From an uncultured bacterium (GTDB taxonomy: Bacteria > Bacillota > Clostridia > Christensenellales > CAG-917): a DNA stretch of 64,000 bases. Position numbers and translations under genes: made by a program. How positions within the stretch are numbered: position 1 is the first letter of the stretch; each line of letters starts with the position of its first letter. Shown piece by piece: positions 63,256 to 64,000 of this stretch. The stretch lies in contig CASQXY010000004.1 in NCBI GenBank assembly GCA_949432885.1, forward strand, positions 42,900 through 106,899. Reading direction: 5' to 3'. The notes under the pieces were generated by a model. It saw only the letters and a program-made list of their open reading frames with translations, searched no databases and was not told the origin of the DNA.

Positions 63256-63297
63256 TTTGTCTGGCTTGTCGAGCAAGTTCGACAAGTCGGACAAGTT
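63256..63297 (+). repeat. 9-nt-period CTTG/CAAG array 4 (5 units), intergenic, between the ssb terminator and the next RBS
   Basis: tttg 63256, CTTG 63265, CAAG 63274, 63283 and 63292. Positions 63271-63297 are identical over 27 nt to 45223-45249 (gagcaagttcgacaagtcggacaagtt). Confidence 0.8.
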
Positions 63298-63305
63298 AAA
63301 GGAGA

Positions 63306-63518
63306 ATGGCAATGAATATGGAAGAAATTACGTCGATAATTTTTGAGACTCTTAAACAAGATGATCGGGTGCTCAGCCTTAAAATGATGATGGGGAACAA
63401 AGGAATACAGGTATGTACTGTCGATGGAGAGATTTACAACGTTGGGGGAAGGAGAACACAAAGAAAATTCGGTGGCAAGATTGATTATGTCAAGCAATCA
63501 AATGATGGGGATTATTAA
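63306..63518 (+). CDS. Hypothetical small protein (68-70 aa)
   Basis: RBS aaaggag at 63298-63304. ATG 63312 has better spacing than 63306. I recognise no motif. Confidence 0.45.
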   Translation: MAMNMEEITSIIFETLKQDDRVLSLKMMMGNKGIQVCTVDGEIYNVGGRRTQRKFGGKIDYVKQSNDGDY

Positions 63519-63727
63519 ACTTTGTCACCGTTGGGGAACACAATATTGATTTCTAATTCGCAATCCATCGCATTTACTAATCGCTCATATTCCGAGAGCT
63601 TAAAGTTGTTTGCGATCATTTTGCCTGAAAGATTTGCACGAGATTGTGCAGTTAGTTCAGCAAGCTGTGATTGTGTAATACCTTTTTTTGCCATTGCTAT
63701 TTTTAGTTTCTTAGATAAATCAATCAT
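63515..63727 (-). CDS. XRE-family helix-turn-helix regulator (70 aa)
   Basis: LKIAMAKKGITQSQLAELTAQSRANLSGKMIANNFKLSEYERLVNAMDCEL is an HTH_3 pattern. It converges on, and overlaps by 4 nt, the upstream small ORF. Confidence 0.75.
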   Translation of the reverse strand: MIDLSKKLKIAMAKKGITQSQLAELTAQSRANLSGKMIANNFKLSEYERLVNAMDCELEINIVFPNGDKV

Positions 63728-63844
63728 TTTGATACCTCTAAAACAGAATATAGCAACAAAATGCGGTTGTCAAATAAAAACTTAATAAATTAAGGAAAAA
63801 TACGGCTATAATTAAGAAAAATCTATACAAAGTAAAGAAAAAAC

Positions 63845-63873
63845 TTGACATATAAATTTGTGTGTAGTACAAT
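63845..63873 (+). promoter_or_regulatory. Near-consensus sigma-A promoter driving the next plus-strand gene
   Basis: -35 ttgaca (63845-63850), 17-nt spacer, -10 tacaat (63868-63873). An RBS (agagagg) and ATG 63898 lie downstream. Confidence 0.55.
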
Positions 63874-63897
63874 ATAAGTATCAAAGAGAGGTGTATA

Positions 63898-64000
63898 TGA
63901 ATCACGAAATTTCTTTTAATGATGCTTTTGTAAACGACCACATAGCAGAACTGCTTGCCTTAAATATCAATAAGTTTATTATACGTGACGATCAGATAAA
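63898..64000 (+). CDS. 5' fragment of an unidentified CDS running off the window
   Basis: ATG at 63898 follows the RBS gagagg. The frame stays open to the window edge (MNHEISFNDAFVNDHIAELLALNINKFIIRDDQI...). Confidence 0.3.

Larger units (their letters stand above)
41997..64000. mobile_element. Left part of a conjugative element (ICE or integrated conjugative plasmid) adjacent to tRNA-Ser; right end and any integrase lie outside the window
   Basis: Composition drops after the tRNA (single-line counts about 55% versus about 37% GC). The region has a Rep-like gene with iterons, ArdC/PrimPol, a relaxase, a VirD4-like T4CP, VirB2/VirB6/VirB4-like genes and ssb, all on one strand. Confidence 0.65.

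Overview
The window has two parts. Positions 1-41996 look like chromosomal backbone of a Gram-positive, Clostridia-like bacterium. Supporting signs are lipobox lipoproteins, Listeria-Bacteroides repeats and GGAGG-type RBSs. Single 60-nt lines I counted in this part were about 55% GC. It holds the end of rpoA, rplQ, a low-GC islet with two divergent XRE regulators, ttcA, a membrane protein and fba. A 30-kb same-strand block follows: a 2635-aa membrane-anchored S8 protease fused to BspA-type LRRs, an Opp/Dpp-type ABC importer in which all five components are unusually long, and four large GLUG / Listeria-Bacteroides-repeat lipoproteins. After that come tldD-pmbA, an M18 aminopeptidase, a YidD-domain protein and tRNA-Ser(CGA), which is preceded by a truncated copy of itself. 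From the tRNA to the window edge (about 41997-64000) the composition drops (a counted line was about 37% GC). This part encodes the left portion of a conjugative element. It carries a winged-helix Rep-like gene with six iterons and an AT-rich tract, and an ArdC / MutS-domain-I-like / PrimPol fusion protein. It also carries a candidate oriT, an RHH accessory protein, a relaxase and a VirD4-type coupling protein. Further genes are a 2393-aa Ig-repeat surface protein, VirB2-like, VirB6-like and VirB4 genes, ssb and an XRE regulator. No integrase or right end is visible. The observations I rate highest are: (i) the protease / oversized Opp / giant-lipoprotein / peptidase island, read as a possible dedicated protein-foraging system; (ii) a repeat-bearing insertion inside the OppD-like ATPase domain; (iii) the MutS-domain-I-like module inside the ArdC-PrimPol protein; (iv) four arrays of a strict 9-nt CAAG/CTTG repeat that occur in two different reading phases and once in non-coding DNA, including a 27-nt exact match between a coding and an intergenic copy. 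All functional calls rest on motif recognition by eye. No database search or folding computation was possible.
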